64,000 nt of DNA from Candidatus Oxydemutator sp. (GTDB lineage: Bacteria; Pseudomonadota; Gammaproteobacteria; Poriferisulfidales; Oxydemutatoraceae), in the NCBI GenBank assembly GCA_965203445.1, contig OZ241883.1:1216001-1280000 (forward strand), read 5' to 3'. Below are positions 28,810 through 38,623 of this stretch, in pieces. Made by a program: the position numbers and the translations under genes. Each line of letters begins with the position of its first letter. The first letter of the stretch is position 1. The notes beneath the pieces were generated by a model, which was not told where the DNA came from, ran no database searches, and was given only the letters and a program-made list of their open reading frames with translations.

Positions 28810-29244
28810 GTGAATCGCTGGATAAAAATCACAAACCGCTGCTGCCGCGAACCGGTGTTTTGGGCGGCGGTGTTGACCGCCGGTTTCGGCGCCTGGTTGT
28901 ACGGGCACGAGGCCGACTACCCGAGCGCGCCGCCCGCGCGCCACGCCGTCGCGCCCGTGCCAAAGCAGCCGGACGTGGGCACCGCTCCGGTTCCGCGTGC
29001 CGAACGCTCGCGGCACGGGGTCGGCGATGAAGTTGCAGGCCAGGCGGCGCCTGCCCCCGACGCGACCAAGGCGAGGCGCCTGATGCGAGAGGCGAACGCG
29101 CTAATCGCCCGCGGCGACGAGTTGCTGCTCGAGGCGGGACTGCCGGACGAATTCCTGGAGCGCGCTTCCGTCAATCCCAAAACCATCCGACGTGCGCTGG
29201 ACGACGCCGACGAGCGTTTGCGCCGGGATGCCCGTTCCCAATAG
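28810..29244 (+). CDS. Hypothetical protein with an N-terminal membrane anchor, coupled to the Rhs gene
   Basis: GGGAGG RBS and GTG start. Hydrophobic segment, Pro/Ala linker and helical C-terminus. The stop abuts the RBS of the next gene. Confidence 0.65.
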   Translation: MNRWIKITNRCCREPVFWAAVLTAGFGAWLYGHEADYPSAPPARHAVAPVPKQPDVGTAPVPRAERSRHGVGDEVAGQAAPAPDATKARRLMREANALIARGDELLLEAGLPDEFLERASVNPKTIRRALDDADERLRRDARSQ

Positions 29245-29254
29245 GGAGGATCTA

Positions 29255-32200
29255 ATGAAGAACCGCAGACCATTTTTTTCATCGTGCGCGGCGGCCGTAT
29301 GTGTCCTGTTCGCGCCCGGCCCGGCGGCGTTCGCCGACGGAGTCGGGGCGACCCTGGGCGAGTTCGCGGTGGACGATCAAGGCGCCGCGACCTACCGGAT
29401 TCCGATCATGGTGCCGCCCGGTGCCGGCGGTTTTCAGCCGCAGCTTGCGTTGGCCTACAACAGCCAGGGCGGCAACGACGTCGCCGGTATCGGCTGGACG
29501 CTCGAGGGGCTGTCGCTGATTCGGCGTTGCCCGCGCACCCTCGCGCACGACGCCGATTACGACGGGGCGTTCCAGGTTCTGTTCGACGAGCGCGACCGCT
29601 TGTGTCTGGATGGCCAGAGGTTGCAACTCGTGGCCGGCGGCTATGGCGCCGACGGCAGCGAATACCGTACCGAGATTGATAATTTCTCGCGTATCCGCGC
29701 GTACGGTTGGCGAGGCACTTCGCCGCAAGGACGCTCGCTCGGCCCTGAAACATTTACGGTATGGACGAAAGACGGTTTGATCATGGACTACGGCCGCAAC
29801 GCGGCCTCGCGCCTGCACGCCCCCGAGACCGCGGGCGGCAGCGCCGTTGCGACGTGGTTGCTGGATCGCGTCCGCGATCGCTTCGGCAACGAGTACGTCG
29901 TTCGCTACCACAAGGACGGCGAGCGTGGTCACCGCGTCCGGCGCATAGACTACGGCACCAGCCGAGTTTTGTTCTATTACGCCGAGCGCGGCGACACCCA
30001 GCGGCATTTCACGGCGGGATCGGAAACGGCGCTGCGCCACCGGCTCACCGGTATCAAGTCGTACACGACGTGGAGGCTGGTGCGGCATTATCGTCTGGAA
30101 TACGCGCCGCTGCCGCGAAACGTCCCCGCGAATTCCGTGCTCTATCCGAGCCGCTTGGTTTCGATCACGGAATGCGTTCGCAACGAGTGTCTGCCACCGA
30201 CGCGCTTCGATTGGCAGCAGGCCGAATCCAGCCACACGCGATGGGCCTTCGACAACGCTTGGCGCACGGCCATACCCGCGCTTGCGGGCAGCGACGCCGC
30301 GCGCCTCGGTTTCGGCGATTTCAACGGCGACGGACTGAACGACGTCTATGAGGTCAGGGGCAGCGGCGGCACCGTCACCGACAAGCTCTATCTGAACTTG
30401 GGCGGCGGCCGTTTCGAGGAGACGCAGGGCGCCGCCACCGAAGTATCCGGCGCCGAGGGCGCGAAGCAATTTCGCTACGCCGACTTCGACGGCGACGGCA
30501 AGACCGACGTCTATCAGCTGCGCCACCGCCACGCCGACGACGTGATCTATCTGTCGCGCGTCGGCGGCGGCCAATCCGCTTTCGAGCGCGTGCGCGGTCT
30601 GCCGTCCGCAATCGGCTGGCGTCCCGAAATCGGCAACGGGCGTTGTCTCGACGTCGCCTGCCTGAAGTTCGGCGACTTCGACGGCGACGGCAGGAGCGAC
30701 GTCTATCGCATCCATGCGGGCGCGGACAAGGTGTACTTGTCCGACGGAAACGGCACGTTTCGCACCGCGGCCGGTATCAACACCGCGCTGCGGCGCGCCG
30801 CCGCCTCTGCGCGCGTGGACGTGCAGCGTCTGCACGTCGCCGATCTCGACGGCGACGGCAGGAGCGATTTGTACTACCTGCAAGCGGGCGTGGACGACGT
30901 GTACCTGACGGTGCGCCCGGGCGTGTACCGGCGCGTCGACGGCATAGATTTTGCGGACTCCTTCCGTTCCGGTAACGACACCACGATTCGTTATCACTTT
31001 GGCGACTTCAACGGCGACGGGTTGCACGACGTTTATCTGGCCCCCGGTCCGCGCGGGGGTAACGACGCCGTGTACTTGTCGCGCGGCGACGGCGGCTTCG
31101 TCAGAAAAGCCGGCGTGCGCCGTGGCTACCCCGAAAACCTGTATCTTGGCGACTTCAACGGCGACGGCAGAAGCGATCTGCTCGTCAAGAGCGGCACCGG
31201 CGCCGGTTCGATTTGCTTTACCAACGCCGCCGGCGCCCTCGGCGACTGTGTGACGGCCAAGTTCGGGGACACGCGGTCGCTGTTTCTGCAAATCGCCGAC
31301 TTCGACGGCGACGGTGCGAGCGACGTCTACCGAACCGACTCCAAGGGCGGGCGCGTCGCGTTGACAAAGCCGTGGCCGGGGCGCGCGATCACGTTGATTA
31401 CCGACGGTTTCGGTGTGCGTACCGCGATAGACTACGGTTTGCTCAGCGATGCCGCCGTCCATCAGGCCGGTGAGGAAAGCGTCTATCCCGACGTCGTGGC
31501 GCACCCGCCGATGCGCGTCGTGCGCAGCGTCCTGACCGAGGACCAGCACGGGGACCTGGCCAACGAGACGCGCTATCGCTACGGCAACGCGAGAGTCAAT
31601 CTTCGCGGGCGCGGTTTTCTCGGTTTCGGTCGGCGTGACGAAATCACGTCGGCGCGGGGCTTGGCGACGCGCACCCGCTACTTGCAGGACTTTCCCTACG
31701 TCGGTCTGGTGCGGTCGGTCACCGTCAAGCTGCACGACGACGACGAGGCCTCGTGGGACGCCAACGCCGCGGTGTTGTCGTCCGTGACCAACCACTACGG
31801 GCACGTCGAATTGAACCGCGGTGTCTCGTTCTTTCCGTACCTGGTGCGCAGCGAGGAGGGCAGGTACGACCTGAGCCTCGACCACGTCGCGGATACCGAC
31901 GCGGACTTCGAGTACGACGACTTCGGCAACGTCATCCGGCGCCACAAGGAAGTTCGCGGCGACGGCAGGGTGTTCACGACGGTCACGCGCAATACGTATA
32001 CAAACGACGAGGAAAGATGGCTGCTCGGACAACTGTCGCGGACTGATACGACGTACAAAGCAAACGGCCGCTCCCCGGTAACGCGCTCCACCGACTATAC
32101 GCGCGACCCGCAAACGGGCGTCGTCACCGCGGAAGCCGCCGCTGGCTTCTACCGCTCGTGGGATAAGCCGCGGCGCTCGTATCGCTACGACCGTTTCGGC

Positions 32201-35200
32201 AATCGCGTCGCACGGATCGAAGAGGGATGGGCGTATATCCCGTCCGGGTCGATGAAGTACATGCGTCATGAAACCCGCACTTTGTACGGCGAGGACGGAC
32301 GCTTCCTGGTGCGCACGATCAACCCGTTGGGCCACACCGTTGCGACCAGGTTCGGCTTCCGCTATGGCCAGCTTCGCATCAATACCGACGCCAACGGGCT
32401 GAGAACGTTGAGGGAGCACAACCTCTGGGGGCAGCAGATTACCGAGTACCGCCCGGGCGGGATCACTTTGCGGCGGTTCCGCCGCTGGATCTGCCCGCAT
32501 CGCCGTGCGAACTGCTCTTCCGGCAGGGAGTGGGGCGGCGCGCCCGACGGCGCCGTGTATTTCTCGGCCGAGACGATGAGCGGACGGCCGCCGCGCGCCG
32601 TCTTTTACAACCGTCGCCAGCAGAAAATACGGGAGGTGACCACCGGCGACCGCGGCCGCCGCGTGTTCCATGATTTTGCCTACGACCGCTTCGGGCGCGT
32701 CGTCGCCGAGAGCATGCCGTATTTCGAGGGCGATCCGGTGCACTGGACGCGCACGCGCTACGACGCCCTGGATCGCGTCGTCGAGAGCGAGACGCCGTCG
32801 GACGACGGCACCGTGTCGTCGCGGATCGAGTACCGCGGCCGCTCCACCGACTACGTCAACGCCGACGGCGCGCGCAAGACCGTCACCGCGGACGCGCTCG
32901 GGCGCACCGTGCGCGTCACCGAGCCCGAAGGCGCGGTGATAGAAAAGTCCTACGATGCGGCGGGCAACCTGGTGCGCATCCGCGACGCCGGCGGCAACTT
33001 GACGATGATGGAATACGATTCCCTCGGCCGGCAGACTTGGATTTACGATCCCGACGCGGGCCGCAGGAACTATTACTACGACGCCTTCGGCCACGTCTCC
33101 ATGGAGATCTCCGACGCCGACCTTTCCAGCTTCGCTCGATCGAGCTGGACGTGGAACATATACGACGCCCTCGGCCGTTTGATCATGCGCTACGAGAACG
33201 AGGGCAGGAGCACCTGGACCTACGACACCGCTGAAAACGGCGTCGGCAAACTGGCGAAGAAGAAAGGCCCCGGCGGTCACCTGGAGCAGTACCGCTACGA
33301 TGCTCTTGGACGCCTGATCGAGGTCAATGACCTGCGCGGCTACGTGATAAGCACCGAGTACGATCGCCACGGGCGCGTCGCACGGGTCACGCGCCCCGGC
33401 GGTTTCACCGTGCGCCACGCCTACGACGGGCAGGGGCGCCTCGCGTCGCTCAGCAGTCCGCAGGCGCAAGTTCCTGGCTTTCGAGCCGCAAGGCTGACGG
33501 CGGCACGACGCGAGGCATCGCAAAGTGCCGCGCGGGCGCGCTCGAGCGCGCGCGTGTACGAGGTACAGGTGGCCCGGTACGAGCGCCGGGTTTCCCTCTA
33601 CCGCGCCGCCGCCGAGGCCTATCTGGAGAACCCGGAGAACCTGCCGTGGTCGGGCGCGCGCGGCGCCGAGTTCGCAAAACGTCTCGGTGGCATCGCGGAC
33701 GGCCTCGCCCGCAAGATCCTGGCGCTGAGAAGCGAGATTGCGTCGCTCACGCGGCGAGCAGGGAAAAAAAGATGGCTGGCCGAGATTCGCCGCGGCCCGG
33801 CCTGGGTACCGGTGGGCTTTCCGAGCTACTACATGGCAGGGGGAACCAGCTCGTACGGAACGGGCGCTTTCGCATATGGTGCTCACGGCTACGGATACGG
33901 GCATTGGGTGCCCGGCCCGATGGTAATCTCGCTGCAATATCGGGCCGAGGAGCGGCGACTGCTGATGGCGGCGCGTATTAAGCGGGAAGAACTCCGGCGT
34001 GAGGCAGAGAAGCTTGAACTAAGAACGCGCAAAGTCACCGGCAATGACTGGCGGATAATGGCGAGGTGGGTTCTGGTCGGCGAGGAACTGCAAACCTTGC
34101 AATCGCACCTCGCCGATCTCGACGCCGCGCGTCGCCGTCTGGCGGCGGCGCGCGAGCAGGTCGCGCACTACGCGAACCTGGCCGAACACTACCGCACCGC
34201 GAACGCCGGCGGCCACGTCTATTATTGGCGCGCCATCGCGCGCGACGCCGCCGGGCGCGTCACCTCGGAAGCCTACGGCAACGCGCTGCACAACGAAAGC
34301 CACTACGACCCCGCCACCGGACGCCTGGTGGAGAGTGCCACGCTGACGCCTTCCGGCAATCACGTGCGACGCTTTGCCTACACCTACGACGCGCTCGGCA
34401 ATCTCGTCAGCCGCAACGATCACGTGCGCGGCGTAGAGGAATCCTTCGGCTACGATGCGCTCGACCGGCTGGTCTCGTCGGTCGTCTCCGGCGGCGGCCT
34501 CGGTGACGACTACAATCGGAGCACCACGTACCGCTACGACGCGCTCGGCAACCTGACGTTCAAGTCCGGCGTCGGCGAGTATGCATACGGCCGATACGGG
34601 CGTCCGCCGCACGCCGTCACCCACACGCCGCGGGGGCGCTACCGTTATGACCGCACCGGACGCATGGTTGAAAGCCCCGACCTTCGGGTCGCGTGGAAGT
34701 CGTACGGCAAGCCGGCGTCGTTCACGCGCAAGTCCGACGGGCGCACGCTGCGCTTCGGTTACGGCGCTGACCGCCGCAAGATCAAGCAGTCGGATTCCGC
34801 GGGCGGCACGACGATCTACGTCGGCGGGCTCTACGAGAAATTCACGAACAACGGCGTCACCCGGCATCGCCACTACCTATACGCCGAAGACCGCCTGGTC
34901 GCCGTCAAGTCGCTCACCGGGCGCGGCAGCGCGCAGACCGGCCAATTCCGCTACTTCCACTGGGACGTGCTGGGTTCGCCCGATGCGGTCAGTGACGGCG
35001 ACGGCAACGTCGTCGAGACGTTGAGCTATACGCCGTTCGGCGAGCGTCGCGCGGTTCCCGGCGGCACCGGCGATGCGGCGCCCTCGGCGCACACGGCGCG
35101 CGGATTCACCGGCCACGAGCACCTCGACGCGTTCGGTCTGGTGGACATGGGTGGGCGCGTCTATGCGCCGCGCCTCGGGCGTTTTCTGAGCCCGGACCCG

Positions 35201-36178
35201 TACGTGCAGGCGCCCGACCGCACGCAAAGCTACAACCGCTACAGCTACGTGATGAACAATCCGATGAAGTACACCGACCCCAGCGGTTTCTTCTTCAAAA
35301 AGATCAGAAGGGCCGTCAAGCGCGTGTTCCGTTCGGTCAGGAAAGCGTTGAGCAGCCGGGCGCTGCGGCTGGCGGCCGCGATCGGGGGAAGTTACCTTGC
35401 CGGCCAATGGGCCTACAGCAAGTACTTCTCGAAATGGGCCGGCGCGAGCGGCGCGCTGGGCGGCGCCTCGAAGGCGGTGGTCGCAAAGGCCACGCTGCTC
35501 AAGGGCATCGTCGGCGGCGCCACGTTCAACGTATCGGCCATGGCCTTGAACGGCAACCTCGGCGGTGTCCTGAGCGGCGGCCTGCGCGGTGCCCTGGGCG
35601 GCAGCCTGAGCGGCGGTCTGGAAGCTTATTTCGGCGCCAATAAGTGGTCACTTGAACGCGTTTTTGCCGGCGGCCTGGCTAGCGGTGCGTCGGAAGTCAT
35701 ACACGGCGGGCGCTTCGCCGACGGCTTCAAGACCGGGCTTGGCATGTCCGCGTTTTCGGCGGCGGCGCTGTCCATGCGCGAGAAGATGATCGCGCAGTCC
35801 AGGCTCAATCCGCTCAACGCGGCGGGCGAAAGCGTCGGCTTTTTGGGCGACGGTTTCAAACTCGCCGGCGGTCGTTTCGTGCCGTGGCTGGCCGAGCAGG
35901 TGCCGAGTCCGTTCGGCGGCGTGCAGGGCGGGCAGGGCATGTTCTTCGGCCACGCCTATGAACCCGGCGCGTGGCTCGACCTGGTGCAGGAGGCGTACGC
36001 CGGGCCGCACGACTTCTTAAACAGCGGTTACTGGTACGACTCGATGGGCAACATCAAGCAACTGTCGGGCTTTGCCAGGGGTTTCGGCGAGGTTCTGAAC
36101 TTCGCAAACCTGGCCGTGGCGACCCCCTTCGTCGTCGCCTCGGTAACCCCGGCCTACGCCTACAACGCCCTGCGGTGA
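29255..36178 (+). CDS. SpvB/FG-GAP(VCBS)/YD-repeat Rhs toxin-like protein (TcB-TcC fusion architecture) with signal peptide
   Basis: GGAGGA RBS and signal peptide ending AFA. SpvB-like GAATYRIPIMVPPG...PQLALAYNS, repeated GDFNGDG, RGFLGF, YD repeats, and Rhs core RGFTGHE...RFLSPDP...NPMKYTDPSG. Confidence 0.92.
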   Translation: MKNRRPFFSSCAAAVCVLFAPGPAAFADGVGATLGEFAVDDQGAATYRIPIMVPPGAGGFQPQLALAYNSQGGNDVAGIGWTLEGLSLIRRCPRTLAHDADYDGAFQVLFDERDRLCLDGQRLQLVAGGYGADGSEYRTEIDNFSRIRAYGWRGTSPQGRSLGPETFTVWTKDGLIMDYGRNAASRLHAPETAGGSAVATWLLDRVRDRFGNEYVVRYHKDGERGHRVRRIDYGTSRVLFYYAERGDTQRHFTAGSETALRHRLTGIKSYTTWRLVRHYRLEYAPLPRNVPANSVLYPSRLVSITECVRNECLPPTRFDWQQAESSHTRWAFDNAWRTAIPALAGSDAARLGFGDFNGDGLNDVYEVRGSGGTVTDKLYLNLGGGRFEETQGAATEVSGAEGAKQFRYADFDGDGKTDVYQLRHRHADDVIYLSRVGGGQSAFERVRGLPSAIGWRPEIGNGRCLDVACLKFGDFDGDGRSDVYRIHAGADKVYLSDGNGTFRTAAGINTALRRAAASARVDVQRLHVADLDGDGRSDLYYLQAGVDDVYLTVRPGVYRRVDGIDFADSFRSGNDTTIRYHFGDFNGDGLHDVYLAPGPRGGNDAVYLSRGDGGFVRKAGVRRGYPENLYLGDFNGDGRSDLLVKSGTGAGSICFTNAAGALGDCVTAKFGDTRSLFLQIADFDGDGASDVYRTDSKGGRVALTKPWPGRAITLITDGFGVRTAIDYGLLSDAAVHQAGEESVYPDVVAHPPMRVVRSVLTEDQHGDLANETRYRYGNARVNLRGRGFLGFGRRDEITSARGLATRTRYLQDFPYVGLVRSVTVKLHDDDEASWDANAAVLSSVTNHYGHVELNRGVSFFPYLVRSEEGRYDLSLDHVADTDADFEYDDFGNVIRRHKEVRGDGRVFTTVTRNTYTNDEERWLLGQLSRTDTTYKANGRSPVTRSTDYTRDPQTGVVTAEAAAGFYRSWDKPRRSYRYDRFGNRVARIEEGWAYIPSGSMKYMRHETRTLYGEDGRFLVRTINPLGHTVATRFGFRYGQLRINTDANGLRTLREHNLWGQQITEYRPGGITLRRFRRWICPHRRANCSSGREWGGAPDGAVYFSAETMSGRPPRAVFYNRRQQKIREVTTGDRGRRVFHDFAYDRFGRVVAESMPYFEGDPVHWTRTRYDALDRVVESETPSDDGTVSSRIEYRGRSTDYVNADGARKTVTADALGRTVRVTEPEGAVIEKSYDAAGNLVRIRDAGGNLTMMEYDSLGRQTWIYDPDAGRRNYYYDAFGHVSMEISDADLSSFARSSWTWNIYDALGRLIMRYENEGRSTWTYDTAENGVGKLAKKKGPGGHLEQYRYDALGRLIEVNDLRGYVISTEYDRHGRVARVTRPGGFTVRHAYDGQGRLASLSSPQAQVPGFRAARLTAARREASQSAARARSSARVYEVQVARYERRVSLYRAAAEAYLENPENLPWSGARGAEFAKRLGGIADGLARKILALRSEIASLTRRAGKKRWLAEIRRGPAWVPVGFPSYYMAGGTSSYGTGAFAYGAHGYGYGHWVPGPMVISLQYRAEERRLLMAARIKREELRREAEKLELRTRKVTGNDWRIMARWVLVGEELQTLQSHLADLDAARRRLAAAREQVAHYANLAEHYRTANAGGHVYYWRAIARDAAGRVTSEAYGNALHNESHYDPATGRLVESATLTPSGNHVRRFAYTYDALGNLVSRNDHVRGVEESFGYDALDRLVSSVVSGGGLGDDYNRSTTYRYDALGNLTFKSGVGEYAYGRYGRPPHAVTHTPRGRYRYDRTGRMVESPDLRVAWKSYGKPASFTRKSDGRTLRFGYGADRRKIKQSDSAGGTTIYVGGLYEKFTNNGVTRHRHYLYAEDRLVAVKSLTGRGSAQTGQFRYFHWDVLGSPDAVSDGDGNVVETLSYTPFGERRAVPGGTGDAAPSAHTARGFTGHEHLDAFGLVDMGGRVYAPRLGRFLSPDPYVQAPDRTQSYNRYSYVMNNPMKYTDPSGFFFKKIRRAVKRVFRSVRKALSSRALRLAAAIGGSYLAGQWAYSKYFSKWAGASGALGGASKAVVAKATLLKGIVGGATFNVSAMALNGNLGGVLSGGLRGALGGSLSGGLEAYFGANKWSLERVFAGGLASGASEVIHGGRFADGFKTGLGMSAFSAAALSMREKMIAQSRLNPLNAAGESVGFLGDGFKLAGGRFVPWLAEQVPSPFGGVQGGQGMFFGHAYEPGAWLDLVQEAYAGPHDFLNSGYWYDSMGNIKQLSGFARGFGEVLNFANLAVATPFVVASVTPAYAYNALR

Positions 36179-36316
36179 CGCTCCCCCCGGTCGGCGACGG
36201 CACCATGGACGGTTCCGCCGCCGATCCGTGGTCAATTAGTTCGGTATGTTTTTGTATAATGCCCAAATCAAAGCGGATATTGCCCGACTCAAGCGGGCTT
36301 CAGGCGTTCGGTTGCG

Positions 36317-37462
36317 ATGATGCAGAATCGGTCTTTGCCGTTTGGCGGCGCGGCGGTTGAAATACCTCGTACTGAAGGCGTCAAATATGCAGGCTCGAAG
36401 CTCAAGCTGCTGCCCCAGATCCTCGGTTTGGCGAAGAAAACGGACGCAAAAAGCGTCTTCGACGGATTTTCCGGTTCGACTCGGGTCAGCCAGGCTTTCG
36501 CCCAAACCGGTTATCGCGTCGTTGCCAACGATCTTTCCGAATGGTCCAGGACTTTTGCCACGTGCTACCTGAAGAACGTAAAGAATCCAGGTGAGTATAA
36601 ACCGCTGATAGATCACCTGAATGCATTGCCCCCCGAGGAGGGCTGGTTTACCGAGCATTACGGCGGCGACGTTGCCCCGAGTGGGGAGAATAACGCCGTT
36701 CAAAGCAATGGCACCAAAAAGCCGTGGCAGAAGAAGAATACGAGAAAACTCGACGCCATCAGAAGGGAGATAGACGAACTGGAACTCGATGAAGTTTCGA
36801 GGTGCGTGGCGCTGACCAGTTTAATTCTGGCGCTCGATCAGGTTGACAGCACGTTGGGTCACTTCGCGTCTTATCTGAAGGACTGGTCGCCGCGATCGTT
36901 CAAGGATATAAAACTGCGGGTTCCCAAAGTCTGGCGCAACACGGCGCCCAACACCGTTCTTCAGGGCGACGTTTTTGCCGTGCTGCCCGACGTGGATGCC
37001 GATCTCGCCTACTATGATCCCCCGTATGGTTCGAATAACGAGAAGATGCCGCCTTCGAGAGTGAGATATTCTTCTTACTACCACCCGTGGACGACGATCT
37101 GCAAGAACGACCGGCCCGCTCTTTTCGGCAAGGCCCTGCGGAGAAAAGACACGTCGGATACGGTGGCGGCTTCCGTATTCGAGGAGTTTCGCAAAAACGG
37201 TTGCGGGAGGTTCCTCGTGGTGGAGGCTATCGAGCGTCTGCTGAAAGCGACCCGATGCCGATGGATCATGCTCTCTTACGGCTCGGGAGGAAGGGCGACG
37301 GCCGAGGAGTTGCACGAGGTCATTCGGGAGAGCGGGGAATTGATTGACGTCGTCAAGGTGGATTACAAAAGGAACGTGATGGCGACGATGAAATGGACCA
37401 ACGCCTGGCTGCGTGAAGCTGAAGAACCGAATCAGGAGTTTATTTTCCTGGTCAGGAAATAG
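36317..37462 (+). CDS. DNA adenine methyltransferase (Dam/D12/FokI-like), no cognate nuclease adjacent
   Basis: KYAGSKLKLL, FDGFSGSTRVS, YYDPPY. Confidence 0.88.
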   Translation: MMQNRSLPFGGAAVEIPRTEGVKYAGSKLKLLPQILGLAKKTDAKSVFDGFSGSTRVSQAFAQTGYRVVANDLSEWSRTFATCYLKNVKNPGEYKPLIDHLNALPPEEGWFTEHYGGDVAPSGENNAVQSNGTKKPWQKKNTRKLDAIRREIDELELDEVSRCVALTSLILALDQVDSTLGHFASYLKDWSPRSFKDIKLRVPKVWRNTAPNTVLQGDVFAVLPDVDADLAYYDPPYGSNNEKMPPSRVRYSSYYHPWTTICKNDRPALFGKALRRKDTSDTVAASVFEEFRKNGCGRFLVVEAIERLLKATRCRWIMLSYGSGGRATAEELHEVIRESGELIDVVKVDYKRNVMATMKWTNAWLREAEEPNQEFIFLVRK

Positions 37463-37552
37463 ACGTAATGATCAAAGAGCGCATAGACAGGTGGCGTGCT
37501 TCGGCGTCCACAATGCAAAATGCGATGAACCCGTGAGTCTCGTCCTCCCTGC

Positions 37553-38623
37553 TCACGGGAAAACCACCAGGTGTTCGATGTCGAGGCGGATGCCGATGGC
37601 CTCGCCGACGCGGTGGTCGTGGTGGCTGGAGGCAAGACAGTGGATGGTCTCGCCCCCCGCAAGGCGCAGTTGATAGAGAAACTCGGCGCCGCGAAACTGC
37701 TTTTTCTCGATCACCGCGCGCAGGTCGCTGGCGTCGTCGTGGACGATGTCGTCGGGGCGGATCAGCACGTGGACTTCGGCGCCGTCGGCGAGGTCGGCGC
37801 GCGCCGCCCCCATCGAGAAGAAGCAGTTCAGCCTCGAGAGTTCGAGATAGCCAAGCGCGGTGCGTATGCCTCGTTTGGACGTCATCGTGCCCTTCAACAT
37901 CGTTCCCATGCCGACGGAGGTCGCGATCTCACGTGACACCGGGCGGTGATAGACGTTGTAGGCGGTGTCCCATTGCAGGATATGCCCGTCGCGCATGACG
38001 CCGAGCATGTCCGCCATCGCCAGCGCCTCGCTCTGGTCGTGCGTGATCAGCAGCGCGGTGATGTTTTCCTCGCGCAGAATATCGCGGATCTCGGCGGCTA
38101 ATTGCAGCTTCAACTCGGCGTCGAGGTTCGAGAACGGTTCGTCCAACAGCAGCAGGTCGGGGCGCGGCGCGAGCGCGCGCGCAAGCGCGGTGCGCTGCTG
38201 CTGACCGCCCGACAGTTCGTGCGGATAGCGGCGCGCATGGGACGCCATTTCGGTCACGGCGAGCAGCCGCGTCAAACGCTTGCGCCGCTCGCCCGCGGCA
38301 AAATTGCGGATGCCGAAGCAGACGTTCTGCTCGACGGTCAGGTGCGGGAACAGCGCGTAATCCTGGAACATCATGCCGATGCGCCGCCGCTCCGGCGGCA
38401 GGCAGCGATCGCGACTCTCGATGATGGTGCCTTCTATGCGGATGACGCCGCTGCAAAGGCGTTGGAAACCGGCGATGCAGCGCAGCAGCGTCGTCTTGCC
38501 GCCGCCGCTGGGCCCCAGCAGACAGCCGATGCGGCCGGCGCCCAGCTGCAACGTGACGCGTTCGACTATGCGTCGTCCGTCAATGTCCACGCCGACGTCT
38601 TCCATGGACAGCAAGGCGCTCAT
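37553..38623 (-). CDS. fbpC: Fe3+ ABC transporter ATP-binding subunit
   Basis: GPSGGGKT, FQDYALFPHL, LSGGQQQR, LLLDEPF, C-terminal TOBE-like region. The ATG overlaps the permease stop. Confidence 0.9.
   Translation of the reverse strand: MSALLSMEDVGVDIDGRRIVERVTLQLGAGRIGCLLGPSGGGKTTLLRCIAGFQRLCSGVIRIEGTIIESRDRCLPPERRRIGMMFQDYALFPHLTVEQNVCFGIRNFAAGERRKRLTRLLAVTEMASHARRYPHELSGGQQQRTALARALAPRPDLLLLDEPFSNLDAELKLQLAAEIRDILREENITALLITHDQSEALAMADMLGVMRDGHILQWDTAYNVYHRPVSREIATSVGMGTMLKGTMTSKRGIRTALGYLELSRLNCFFSMGAARADLADGAEVHVLIRPDDIVHDDASDLRAVIEKKQFRGAEFLYQLRLAGGETIHCLASSHHDHRVGEAIGIRLDIEHLVVFP

Noticed and set aside
29279-33937. 1552-aa minus-strand ORF and other long antisense ORFs (e.g. 7514-9013, 21946-24108, 45206-46648)
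   Set aside because: Shadow ORFs opposite well-supported genes in GC-rich DNA, with no domain motifs.
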